From Nitrososphaerota archaeon (lineage in GTDB: Archaea > Thermoproteota > Nitrososphaeria > Nitrososphaerales > UBA57), in the NCBI GenBank assembly GCA_002713205.1, contig PAVW01000017.1, positions 22,581-54,580 of the forward strand: a stretch of DNA of 32,000 nt. The letters are read 5' to 3'. Below are positions 7,505 to 15,098 of the stretch, piece by piece; within the stretch, counting starts at the first letter, position 1, and every line of letters starts with the position of its first letter. The notes under the pieces are model-generated. The model made no database searches. It was not told where the DNA came from and was given only the letters and a program-made list of their open reading frames with translations. A program made the translations under genes and the position numbers.

Positions 7505-8602
7505 TTAAATCGCACATCCAACTTTTCTAAACATCCAGTGTGTTGCTATATAAACTCCAAGTACTAGACCTAACGATGTTACAAATCCAGACACGGAAAG
7601 AAAAGCTAGACCACTGAATGTATTACTTATGTTACAACCAGGAGCCATTCTAGATCCAAAACCCATGAGCATGCCGCCTATTATTGCATTTTGCACCCTA
7701 TTCTTTTTAATCATTCTTATTTTAAAATCTCCACTGAAATATGCAGATATAAAAGAACCAAAAATTAAAAATAATAACATTATCATATCTAGACTTATGG
7801 AAAAATTTCCTCCTGAAAAAACAACATTATTCCAGTAGATATTTTCTTGCAATGCTTCCATTCCAATTATATTGCTATACGTTAAACCTACCCATCTAGC
7901 TTGAGGACCCGTAACACTAAGTGTCCCCCAAACTATAAACCATAATGTTGCAAAAATTCCCATTCCAAAACCAACAATTTTTGCATCCCAAGCTGATTGT
8001 AGGTTGTTGATAGAAATAGATGAAATATTAAATTTTGATATATTTGTAATTAAACCCAATTGTTGTTTCTTTTTCAAATATAATACACATGATAGTATGA
8101 TCAAAATCGGAACAAGTACTGATGTTTGCCCTAAACTTTCAATTAAGCTAAATCCTTCGAATATTTGTAATGGAGTGAAGAAATATGGAAAGAAAAAGAT
8201 TGAAAATAAAGATGCAAAAATTACATAACCTGCACATGCTGATATGAGCAGTAACCAGTAGTGTAAGTATCCTTCCCCTGCTCTATACAGTGTACCTGAT
8301 GCACAACCTCCTCCATATACCATTCCGATTCCGAATACAAATCCACCTATTATGTTGCTTAATCCATAATTTGGTATCCAAAAATGCGAATTTGAAACTC
8401 CTAATGAATATGCTATGCTTGTACCTAACATCATGGTTATAATTCCAATTAATAGACCATACAGTACTCTAGTATCTTTGAATGCTACATAATCTCTTAA
8501 CGCACTAGTAAAACAAAATCTTCCTTTTTGTAATAATACTCCAAATCCTATTCCAATTATAATCGTTAAAATTAAACTTAATAATCCTGAATATTCAATC
8601 AA
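7505..8602 (-). CDS. YeeE/YedE-family (Sulf_transp) membrane permease, thiosulfate/selenium-compound transporter-like
   Basis: 365 aa and polytopic. It has three Cys-containing re-entrant motifs, RFC30FTS, GGGC100ASG and APGC323NIS, mirroring the conserved Cys triad of YeeE. The start is TTG. Confidence 0.9.
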   Translation of the reverse strand: MIEYSGLLSLILTIIIGIGFGVLLQKGRFCFTSALRDYVAFKDTRVLYGLLIGIITMMLGTSIAYSLGVSNSHFWIPNYGLSNIIGGFVFGIGMVYGGGCASGTLYRAGEGYLHYWLLLISACAGYVIFASLFSIFFFPYFFTPLQIFEGFSLIESLGQTSVLVPILIILSCVLYLKKKQQLGLITNISKFNISSISINNLQSAWDAKIVGFGMGIFATLWFIVWGTLSVTGPQARWVGLTYSNIIGMEALQENIYWNNVVFSGGNFSISLDMIMLLFLIFGSFISAYFSGDFKIRMIKKNRVQNAIIGGMLMGFGSRMAPGCNISNTFSGLAFLSVSGFVTSLGLVLGVYIATHWMFRKVGCAI

Positions 8603-8607
8603 TTATA

Positions 8608-9750
8608 TTATCCTCCACAGTTGAAATTAGCGCCTATTACTTTCCTAGCTTCAGTATTTGGACCACTTTTACCTGATTCTCCCATTATATTAAAAAACTG
8701 GACATTATGAGGACCATTTCCAGTTTCCAAGACTGTTACTATTTCCATTTTCTGTATGTCTATTATTGATACGGTAGCATCACCACTATTAGTTACATAT
8801 GCAAATTTTCCTTCAGGATCTATATCGATATTATGTGGAGATTTACCTGTTTCCAATTCCTTTATTATTTCTAGTGTTTTTACATCAATTATTAATAATT
8901 TATTCATTTCAGGTATGGTGACAAGTAAATTCTTATCATCTTTTGTCACTGCTAATCCATGAGGTGTTGATTCTAATATTATCTCACCGGGCTCTACAAA
9001 ACGAAAATTTGCCCTACCAAAAATTCTATCTAAAATATCATCTAATACTAATATTCTAGCTGGTATTTTTCGTATTTTATCGTCTACTTCTGCCGTCCCA
9101 ATAAAGATTTTCTTATTATTATGGCCTGAAACTATCATCAAAGGTTCAGATTTCAACCTGATATTCTTCACAACTTTTTCTTCATTAATATCAATAAATG
9201 ATAAAGTTCTAGATTTTGTATTTGTTACAACAGCTATATCATCATAACGTGCTACATGGTGAGGTGCTTCCTGTACTCTTATTTCTGAAATTATTCTATC
9301 GGAAGTCGTATTCAGTAAAATTAATGAATTCGTATCTCTGCTAACAACAAAAAACACTTCTTCTTTTTCATCAAATATGCCTGCATGTTGAATATTTTCA
9401 CCTATGGGGATCTTGTATTTTATTTCTAGCGTTTGTGGATTTAATACTAGTATTTCAGATTGTCCATGATGAATTAAATATAGTTTGTTAAGTTTACTAT
9501 TGAAATGCGCACCATACTGACCAGAGCTAATTTCTAATGGTATTTCCGTTACAATATTAAAATTAATTGGATCAACTATAGTGACTGTTCCTGATATAGT
9601 ATTAAATATCACCGCTTCATATGTATTGGATTCATTTGATATCGAATGGTAAATGAAAGTTCCACCAATCAAAAATCCTATTACTAGACCTGTTAATAGA
9701 GCCGCTCTAATGAGGAACTTCTTATTTCCAGTCTTTGACAACTTTTCCAC
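8608..9750 (-). CDS. Membrane-anchored YVTN-type beta-propeller repeat protein with a C-terminal Cys-Gly-Gly
   Basis: It has an N-terminal hydrophobic anchor (FLIRAALLTGLVIGFLIGGTFIY). It has repeated units of the form GKSPHNIDIDPEGKFAYVTNSGDATVSIID and GNGPHNV. It ends NFNCGG-stop (Cys codon 8617-8619). Confidence 0.75.
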   Translation of the reverse strand: MEKLSKTGNKKFLIRAALLTGLVIGFLIGGTFIYHSISNESNTYEAVIFNTISGTVTIVDPINFNIVTEIPLEISSGQYGAHFNSKLNKLYLIHHGQSEILVLNPQTLEIKYKIPIGENIQHAGIFDEKEEVFFVVSRDTNSLILLNTTSDRIISEIRVQEAPHHVARYDDIAVVTNTKSRTLSFIDINEEKVVKNIRLKSEPLMIVSGHNNKKIFIGTAEVDDKIRKIPARILVLDDILDRIFGRANFRFVEPGEIILESTPHGLAVTKDDKNLLVTIPEMNKLLIIDVKTLEIIKELETGKSPHNIDIDPEGKFAYVTNSGDATVSIIDIQKMEIVTVLETGNGPHNVQFFNIMGESGKSGPNTEARKVIGANFNCGG

Positions 9751-9773
9751 TATTGATTTACTTTATTATTTAT

Positions 9774-10958
9774 TTAAAACTGTTTCAGATCCACAGGAAC
9801 TATTTTTGATGGACTTTGTGGCAGTGCTATACTGTCTAATTTTTTAAATGAACCTACTTCAAAGACATCAATTGAACTATTGCCTCCATTAGGTACATAT
9901 GCAAGACTACTATCTGGACTGAACGCTGGATGACCTGAATTTTCGATTTCAATCTTTGTAACTTCCTCGAGACTTTCCGTGTCATATACTATTGATGCTG
10001 GTCCAGTTCTAACTAACACATATCTTCCATCAGGAGTAAATTCGCTAGTTCTTGGTGGTGTTTCCACCAATGGAAATCTTTTTACTACCTCTTTTGCTTT
10101 AATATCCCAAACCATTTCTTCTGCATCTGTATTCTTAAATCCACCAACATTTGACCAATTTCCTGCTGAATTTACTTCAATGAATGCCAAATCATTGTTT
10201 GGAGAAATTGTTATCATGCTTCCTCCCCAATCTGAATACTCTGTTGCTAAATGCTCTTCCACAGTGAAACTATTCGTATCAATTACTGTTAGTAAACTTT
10301 CTAGTTGGTTAGTAGTCCATAGTTTGTTATCTGGACCTATTGCAACATCACAACAAAACTTTGGTACAGGGAGTTCACCTACTATCTCTCCACTCTGGAG
10401 ATCAACTTTATAGATTATTGAAGGGTCTACATCTGAAAATGGAATTTCAAATTCTTCCCTTGCCGCATTAAATTGCTCATCCGAAAATTTCTTAGCAACT
10501 AATAGATTCAAAAAATATCCATATTTCCCATCTACATCAGTCTCTGCTAATGCAAATCTCCATCTTCCTTCTAATGGTATTTCTGTTAACTTCTCATTTG
10601 TTGACGGATTTACTTGATATACCGTAGCTTTTCCACCAGCTCTTCCAAGCCCCCAAATATTTCCATTTTTATCTGGATAGTGATTGGCCCAGTCTACTCT
10701 TCCTGCTTCTGCTATCCAAGTAGGTCCTGATGAAGCTAGTAATTTACCTAACGCTAAATCAATTGTAGCAATTGAACCTTCGGCGCCAAAGACATAGCCT
10801 AAAGCACCTTTTTCTTGTTTGAGTTGTTCTAATTCTTGTTCTAATGGGGCTATTTGGGATCTGTTGGAGAGATAACCTGCACCTCCAATTCCGATACCTA
10901 CTACGCCTCCGGCTAAATATTTAATGAAATCTCTTCTATTCACATTTTTGGCTGTCAT
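9774..10958 (-). CDS. Tat-exported beta-propeller-like protein of unknown function
   Basis: The N-terminus MTAKNVNRRDFIKYLAGGVVGIGIGGAG is a twin-arginine signal (RRxFxK plus an h-region). The remainder shows beta-propeller-like repeats (FSPDSSLAYVPNGGNSSIDVFEV, FTPDGRYVLV) and a vicinal Cys pair in PKFCCDV. Confidence 0.7.
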   Translation of the reverse strand: MTAKNVNRRDFIKYLAGGVVGIGIGGAGYLSNRSQIAPLEQELEQLKQEKGALGYVFGAEGSIATIDLALGKLLASSGPTWIAEAGRVDWANHYPDKNGNIWGLGRAGGKATVYQVNPSTNEKLTEIPLEGRWRFALAETDVDGKYGYFLNLLVAKKFSDEQFNAAREEFEIPFSDVDPSIIYKVDLQSGEIVGELPVPKFCCDVAIGPDNKLWTTNQLESLLTVIDTNSFTVEEHLATEYSDWGGSMITISPNNDLAFIEVNSAGNWSNVGGFKNTDAEEMVWDIKAKEVVKRFPLVETPPRTSEFTPDGRYVLVRTGPASIVYDTESLEEVTKIEIENSGHPAFSPDSSLAYVPNGGNSSIDVFEVGSFKKLDSIALPQSPSKIVPVDLKQF

Positions 10959-11025
10959 TTATGGCGTTATATAATGCCGTTATATTTATATAGTTTTCGT
11001 CTATTGATTAATTTACGGTAATTAG
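10959..11025. promoter_or_regulatory. Shared divergent control region of the two sulfur-locus operons, with a CGTTATAT direct repeat and TATA-like elements
   Basis: This is the 67-nt gap between divergent start codons. CGTTATAT occurs at 10965-10972 and 10978-10985 (13-nt period), embedded in TTATATAA / TTATATTTATATA tracts that could serve as archaeal TATA boxes. Confidence 0.35.
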
Positions 11026-12462
11026 ATGAGTACTAGACAAGAATTTTGGGATAATGTTTCCAAGTATAGAGAAATGGGTATGGATCCGTTGCGTTGGGTA
11101 GCAGGTTGTGCTGTTAAGGTAGATCTTAATTCAGTTGTTTATCCTACTCTTCATAATATAAAACCAAGTCTAAAACAAATGGGAATTTCTTTAGGCGCAA
11201 GAGTAGATGCTGATATATTTCCCCTCGTTGGAGATGGACCTATAATTAATCGAAGAATTTATGATCCATTTTCTACTAGTATTGATACTGAGGATTTAAA
11301 AAAAATTAATCCTAAACGTGCAATTTCACTTCTCCAGGTCTTTCAAAAAAACGCTGAAAAACAAGAAAAATTTGAAGCGTTGTTGATCAGTCTTTATACA
11401 TCTATATCAAAATCAAATGTTCATTTTTCTGTTGGAAAAGGGCATTCTATAATAACACCAGACAAAGAGGCCGAATTTGCACTTTTTGATTTTATTTCTT
11501 ATGAAGAAGGTCAAACAGACGGTTATTGTTTATCAAATAATGATACTATTCAAATTATTGATCCTACTGCAGATCCTTCATCTGAACAACAAACTAATGT
11601 AGCAGTATCGAATTCTCTCAATGATTTAATAACATTGGGTTGTTTTGAAGAATTGAAAGTTTTACCAGTTGTAGATGCACCAAACCAAGAAATTGAAACA
11701 CAAATTCTAAAAAATATGACAAGTTTTGCAACTAAATATAATATTGAATTAATTCCCGCAGAATCTCCTAAACGTAGTAAATTACTAATTGGCGCTACAT
11801 TATTTGGTTCATTACAAAAAGAACCTCCGACTAAGTTAGATTTGTTGGATTCTGATATGAAAATTCTCGTTACGCGACCATTTGGTGATCTAGCTCCTAT
11901 TAACGTATTCTTATCATGTGTAGCGGATGACACTTTTCTTAAAGACCTTGAAGCTACTGGATATGGTCTTAAAGATGTTCAGAAGGCTAAAGATTCAGTT
12001 ATTAAAACTATGAGTGAACCTAATCTCAAAGTCGCAAAAATTATTAATAAATACCTCCCTGATTTTGGAAGTGACTTTAATGTTCAAGAACATATTCTAG
12101 CAACTGGAGACCTTTCAGGTCCTGGTATAATGATCTTCAAGGAACATGCAGATAATGCAAATGTGGATATATCTCTTGATAATTTACCTTTGCAATATCC
12201 AGAATTTGTCAAATACGCTACCGAAAATTTCTTAATGGATAATGCAACTGCTGGGACTAATGGAGCTGTTGCTATAATTGCTAGTTCTAATATTATTGGA
12301 AATATTAAGACTGATTTAGCTAAAGAAGGATATGATCCTCGACTTGTAGGTACTATACTTGGCAAAGGTACTGGCAATGTTCGTGTTGGAAAGAATGTTA
12401 AAGATATGATTGCATCGCAAGCTTTATTGGATGATTTGGATATAACCGGGAATGAAAATTGA
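11026..12462 (+). CDS. SelD-like (selenophosphate synthetase-related) PurM/AIR-synthase-superfamily ATP-utilising enzyme, divergent and extended
   Basis: Alignments to E. coli SelD:
- N-terminal VAGC28AVK31VDLNSVVYPTLH aligns to GAGC17GCK20ISPKVLETILH.
- TNVAVSNSLNDLITLG aligns to IAATNAISDIFAMGG.
- ILVTRPFG aligns to LFLTKPLG.
- ATGDLSGPGIMIFKEHA aligns to MTDVTGFGLLGHLSEM.

It is 478 aa versus about 350 for SelD, with extra sequence between the N-terminal loop and the core. Confidence 0.7.
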   Translation: MSTRQEFWDNVSKYREMGMDPLRWVAGCAVKVDLNSVVYPTLHNIKPSLKQMGISLGARVDADIFPLVGDGPIINRRIYDPFSTSIDTEDLKKINPKRAISLLQVFQKNAEKQEKFEALLISLYTSISKSNVHFSVGKGHSIITPDKEAEFALFDFISYEEGQTDGYCLSNNDTIQIIDPTADPSSEQQTNVAVSNSLNDLITLGCFEELKVLPVVDAPNQEIETQILKNMTSFATKYNIELIPAESPKRSKLLIGATLFGSLQKEPPTKLDLLDSDMKILVTRPFGDLAPINVFLSCVADDTFLKDLEATGYGLKDVQKAKDSVIKTMSEPNLKVAKIINKYLPDFGSDFNVQEHILATGDLSGPGIMIFKEHADNANVDISLDNLPLQYPEFVKYATENFLMDNATAGTNGAVAIIASSNIIGNIKTDLAKEGYDPRLVGTILGKGTGNVRVGKNVKDMIASQALLDDLDITGNEN

Positions 12463-12709
12463 TTTGAGTAAACAATCTAACATAAAAACACTGGATTTAA
12501 AAGGTCAGATTTGTCCTTGGCCGGTTATTTTTACAATGAAAGAACTGCAGAAAATGAACGATGGTGACATTCTTAAAGTTACAATAGATCATTTACCTTC
12601 TACGTTAAATATACCTGCAGCTGCTTCAAAGGAGGGCAATGAGGTTGTTAGTTCTACCGAGATTGGTGATGGTGTTTTTCAAATTGAAATTAAACACAAT
12701 ATAATCTAG
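12452..12709 (+). CDS. TusA-like sulfur carrier protein (paralog 2)
   Basis: 85 aa with the LDLKGQICPWPVIFTMKEL CPxP motif. It overlaps the SelD-like gene end by 11 nt. Confidence 0.8.
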   Translation: MKIDLSKQSNIKTLDLKGQICPWPVIFTMKELQKMNDGDILKVTIDHLPSTLNIPAAASKEGNEVVSSTEIGDGVFQIEIKHNII

Positions 12710-12735
12710 TAATCTGTTTAACTAGGTGTTGAAAA

Positions 12736-12963
12736 TTGAAAATCGATAGATCGTTAGATGTTAAAGGTCTTGTTTGTCCTGTTCCTGTACTGAAGACTAA
12801 ACAAATTATATCTAAAATGAATTCTGGCCAGATTCTTGAAATTTTAGCTACAGATAAAGCAGCTAAAGATGACATTCCATCTTGGGCACAACGAGAAGGA
12901 CATGATGTTTTAGATGTTGCCGAACATGAAAATATTTTCACATTTTATTTAAGGAAGAAGTAA
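12736..12963 (+). CDS. TusA-like sulfur carrier protein (paralog 3)
   Basis: 75 aa with LDVKGLVCPVPVLKTKQ, the canonical TusA/SirA motif. The start is TTG at 12736. Confidence 0.85.
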   Translation: MKIDRSLDVKGLVCPVPVLKTKQIISKMNSGQILEILATDKAAKDDIPSWAQREGHDVLDVAEHENIFTFYLRKK

Positions 12964-12965
12964 CT

Positions 12966-13769
12966 ATGACTAATATATTAGTGTCTAGTGAATGGGTCAA
13001 AGATCATCTTGATGATGAACATTTGATTTTTTTTGATATTCGTTCTCCTCGTGAATACAACAATGGTCATTTACCCAATTCTGTTCTAATACCATATGAA
13101 AAAATCTTAGATTTTTCACCTGATACGCCATTTTTTGATATAGCTGATAAAACAACTATTGAACAACTATTGGGAGAAAATGGTGTTGATAATGATACTA
13201 AAATTATTGTTTATGGTGACAAAGGTGGTTCAACCGCATCGAGGCTTTTTTGGACCCTTTTATTTTATGGTGCTAATGTAAACTTCCTTGATATAAGTTA
13301 TTCAAAATGGGTTAATTTAGGTTATCCTGTTACCACTGAAGTATATGCTCCTGGTAAAACTACTTTTATTGCTAATGAAAATCCAGATAATTTTCGTGTA
13401 AATAGCGATTATGTATTGTCAAAAATTCAAGATCAAGATACAATCATTCTTGATACTCGTAGTAAAGAAGAATATCAGGGATTAATTGCGGCAGGTCCAA
13501 AAGCTGGAAGAATTCCCAATTCTAAACACTTTCCATGGGAAAAGGCTATCGGTGTTGACGGTAATATATTTCACACTACTGAAGAACTTTCTAGTATATT
13601 TGATAATTATGGACTTCAAAATAAAGAAATAATATGTTATTGTCAGGTAGGAGAACGTGCTTCTCATACTTTTCTTGCTTTGAAGATTTGTGGCTATTCA
13701 AATGTTAAAATATATGACAGATCTTTTGCAGATTGGAGTAATAATTCTAATATGCCAATTGAGATATAA
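12966..13769 (+). CDS. Tandem-rhodanese sulfurtransferase (thiosulfate/3-mercaptopyruvate sulfurtransferase family)
   Basis: 267 aa with two rhodanese domains. The first is inactive (VYGDKGGSTASR). The second carries the active-site loop CYCQVGERASH. It starts 2 nt after TusA paralog 3. Confidence 0.9.
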   Translation: MTNILVSSEWVKDHLDDEHLIFFDIRSPREYNNGHLPNSVLIPYEKILDFSPDTPFFDIADKTTIEQLLGENGVDNDTKIIVYGDKGGSTASRLFWTLLFYGANVNFLDISYSKWVNLGYPVTTEVYAPGKTTFIANENPDNFRVNSDYVLSKIQDQDTIILDTRSKEEYQGLIAAGPKAGRIPNSKHFPWEKAIGVDGNIFHTTEELSSIFDNYGLQNKEIICYCQVGERASHTFLALKICGYSNVKIYDRSFADWSNNSNMPIEI

Positions 13770-13770
13770 T

Positions 13771-14028
13771 TTATTCAAATCGCGTTGGAATCTTTTTATC
13801 AGTCTTTGCTGCGGTTATCTTTTTTTTATCAGATTTTGATTTTCTTTTTACATTAGCTTTTTCTTTTTCCAATACTGCACTAAAACAAACTATTTTATTA
13901 CTACTAGTCTTTCCTATACTTACTGAATTTCCATAATGAATTATTTCCCAGCCTTCATCTGCATATTTATTTAATTTATCTTCAAATTGCAGTCTATCGG
14001 TTTCAGCGATTACTTTATGTTGTTTCAT
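13771..14028 (-). CDS. Small DUF4177-like protein with a Lys-rich C-terminal tail
   Basis: 85 aa. The N-terminal approximately 55 aa (KLNKYADEGWEIIHYG) resemble the small DUF4177 fold. The tail KANVKRKSKSDKKKITAAKTDKK is highly basic. Confidence 0.45.
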   Translation of the reverse strand: MKQHKVIAETDRLQFEDKLNKYADEGWEIIHYGNSVSIGKTSSNKIVCFSAVLEKEKANVKRKSKSDKKKITAAKTDKKIPTRFE

Positions 14029-14090
14029 ACAGAAGAATTATATTGGTTTGATATAATGTTTATTCTATTTTTTTTTACGCTGAAATCTAA

Positions 14091-15077
14091 TCAAGCTACA
14101 GGTGATGCAATTGGAACTAACGAAATAGTACCTGGGAAATACATTGATAGAGTCCACCAAATTATATATCCAATTAATAACAATATGCTTGTTTGTAGTG
14201 TTGTCATTACTGTGTTTCCCATTGCAGGAATTAACTCCATTATTTTTTCATAATCTTTACCTAAAATTTTAGAAGCTGTCCGAAAGTTGCCTTTTGGAGT
14301 TAAAGAAAACGTTAATAATGCTATAATACACGTTAGTGGAATTCCTATTCCAATAATAAAGGGTGTTATAACACTTACTATAATGATAACATAACTTGCC
14401 CCCATCATATAATTGTATAAATTAACTGCTCTCTTTTTTCCTAATCTAGCAACAATATGAAGCCTTCCTTTTGATTTATCTGCTACAGTATCTGGAAATT
14501 GATTTATGTACAATATTCCGGTTGTCATCAATCCAACTATTGATCCAACTATAATTGCTTCTATATTTATTAATCCGCCGCTCTGAATAAAGTAAATTCC
14601 TGTGAATAACAATGGCCCAAAATTTAAAAATACAAATAATTCCCCTAACGCAAATTTAGAAAGTAATGGTGAATATAATATTACTGAAAAAACAGAAATT
14701 AAAATTATTCCTAATAAAATTCTATCAAAATTAAATACATTAAGGAAATATAAACCAATGGATGATCCTATTAACAACAAAACTACACCAGCAATTAAAA
14801 CAGCATTCGGTGTTAACAATTTTTCAGGTAATACTCTACTACCTCCACTAAATGGTGTTGGTGTTGTTGTTGTATCTATACCGCTCTTATAATCAAAATA
14901 ATCATTTAGTACATTTACACTTGCATGTAACGATAAAACTCCAATTAAAGTTAGTATTCCATAACTAAGATTGAAAAAACCATCAGATAATGCAACCATT
15001 ATTCCCAACGGCACAAAAATTACAGGCAAGCTTAGAAATGGTATTCTTAATTCCTTTGCCCATACTCCCAGTTTCAA
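14091..15077 (-). CDS. menA: UbiA-family aromatic prenyltransferase, MenA-like (1,4-dihydroxy-2-naphthoate prenyltransferase)
   Basis: 328 aa and polytopic. The first Asp-rich motif NVLNDYFDYKSGID matches the MenA-type NDYxDxxxGxD. Confidence 0.7.
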   Translation of the reverse strand: MKLGVWAKELRIPFLSLPVIFVPLGIMVALSDGFFNLSYGILTLIGVLSLHASVNVLNDYFDYKSGIDTTTTPTPFSGGSRVLPEKLLTPNAVLIAGVVLLLIGSSIGLYFLNVFNFDRILLGIILISVFSVILYSPLLSKFALGELFVFLNFGPLLFTGIYFIQSGGLINIEAIIVGSIVGLMTTGILYINQFPDTVADKSKGRLHIVARLGKKRAVNLYNYMMGASYVIIIVSVITPFIIGIGIPLTCIIALLTFSLTPKGNFRTASKILGKDYEKIMELIPAMGNTVMTTLQTSILLLIGYIIWWTLSMYFPGTISLVPIASPVA

Positions 15078-15098
15078 ATTACAAGCCTGCTACTAATT

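Noticed and set aside
11026-12462. Calling this gene a bona fide selenophosphate synthetase (selD), and looking for in-frame TGA (Sec) recoding in the locus
   Set aside because: The protein is far longer and more divergent than canonical SelD, and it has Cys rather than a TGA codon at the loop position. None of the eight locus genes shows an in-frame TGA interruption. I therefore call it only SelD-like.
9979-12941. Longer antisense ORFs within the sulfur locus (9979-10413, 11550-11933, 12084-12377, 12690-12941)
   Set aside because: Each lies fully opposite a gene with clear family motifs (Tat propeller, SelD-like, TusA). Their translations are Ser/Thr/Pro-rich with no recognisable features. 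They probably persist because these genes are somewhat less AT-rich, which gives fewer stops on the opposite strand.
13774-13781. TTCAAATC, matching 8 nt of the tRNA-Arg T-loop region. It could be an att-like direct repeat bounding the 7223-13769 locus as an integrated island.
   Set aside because: Only 8 nt match and the match lies inside a coding region. No integrase, recombinase or other mobility gene is present. The island hypothesis is not supported by what is visible.
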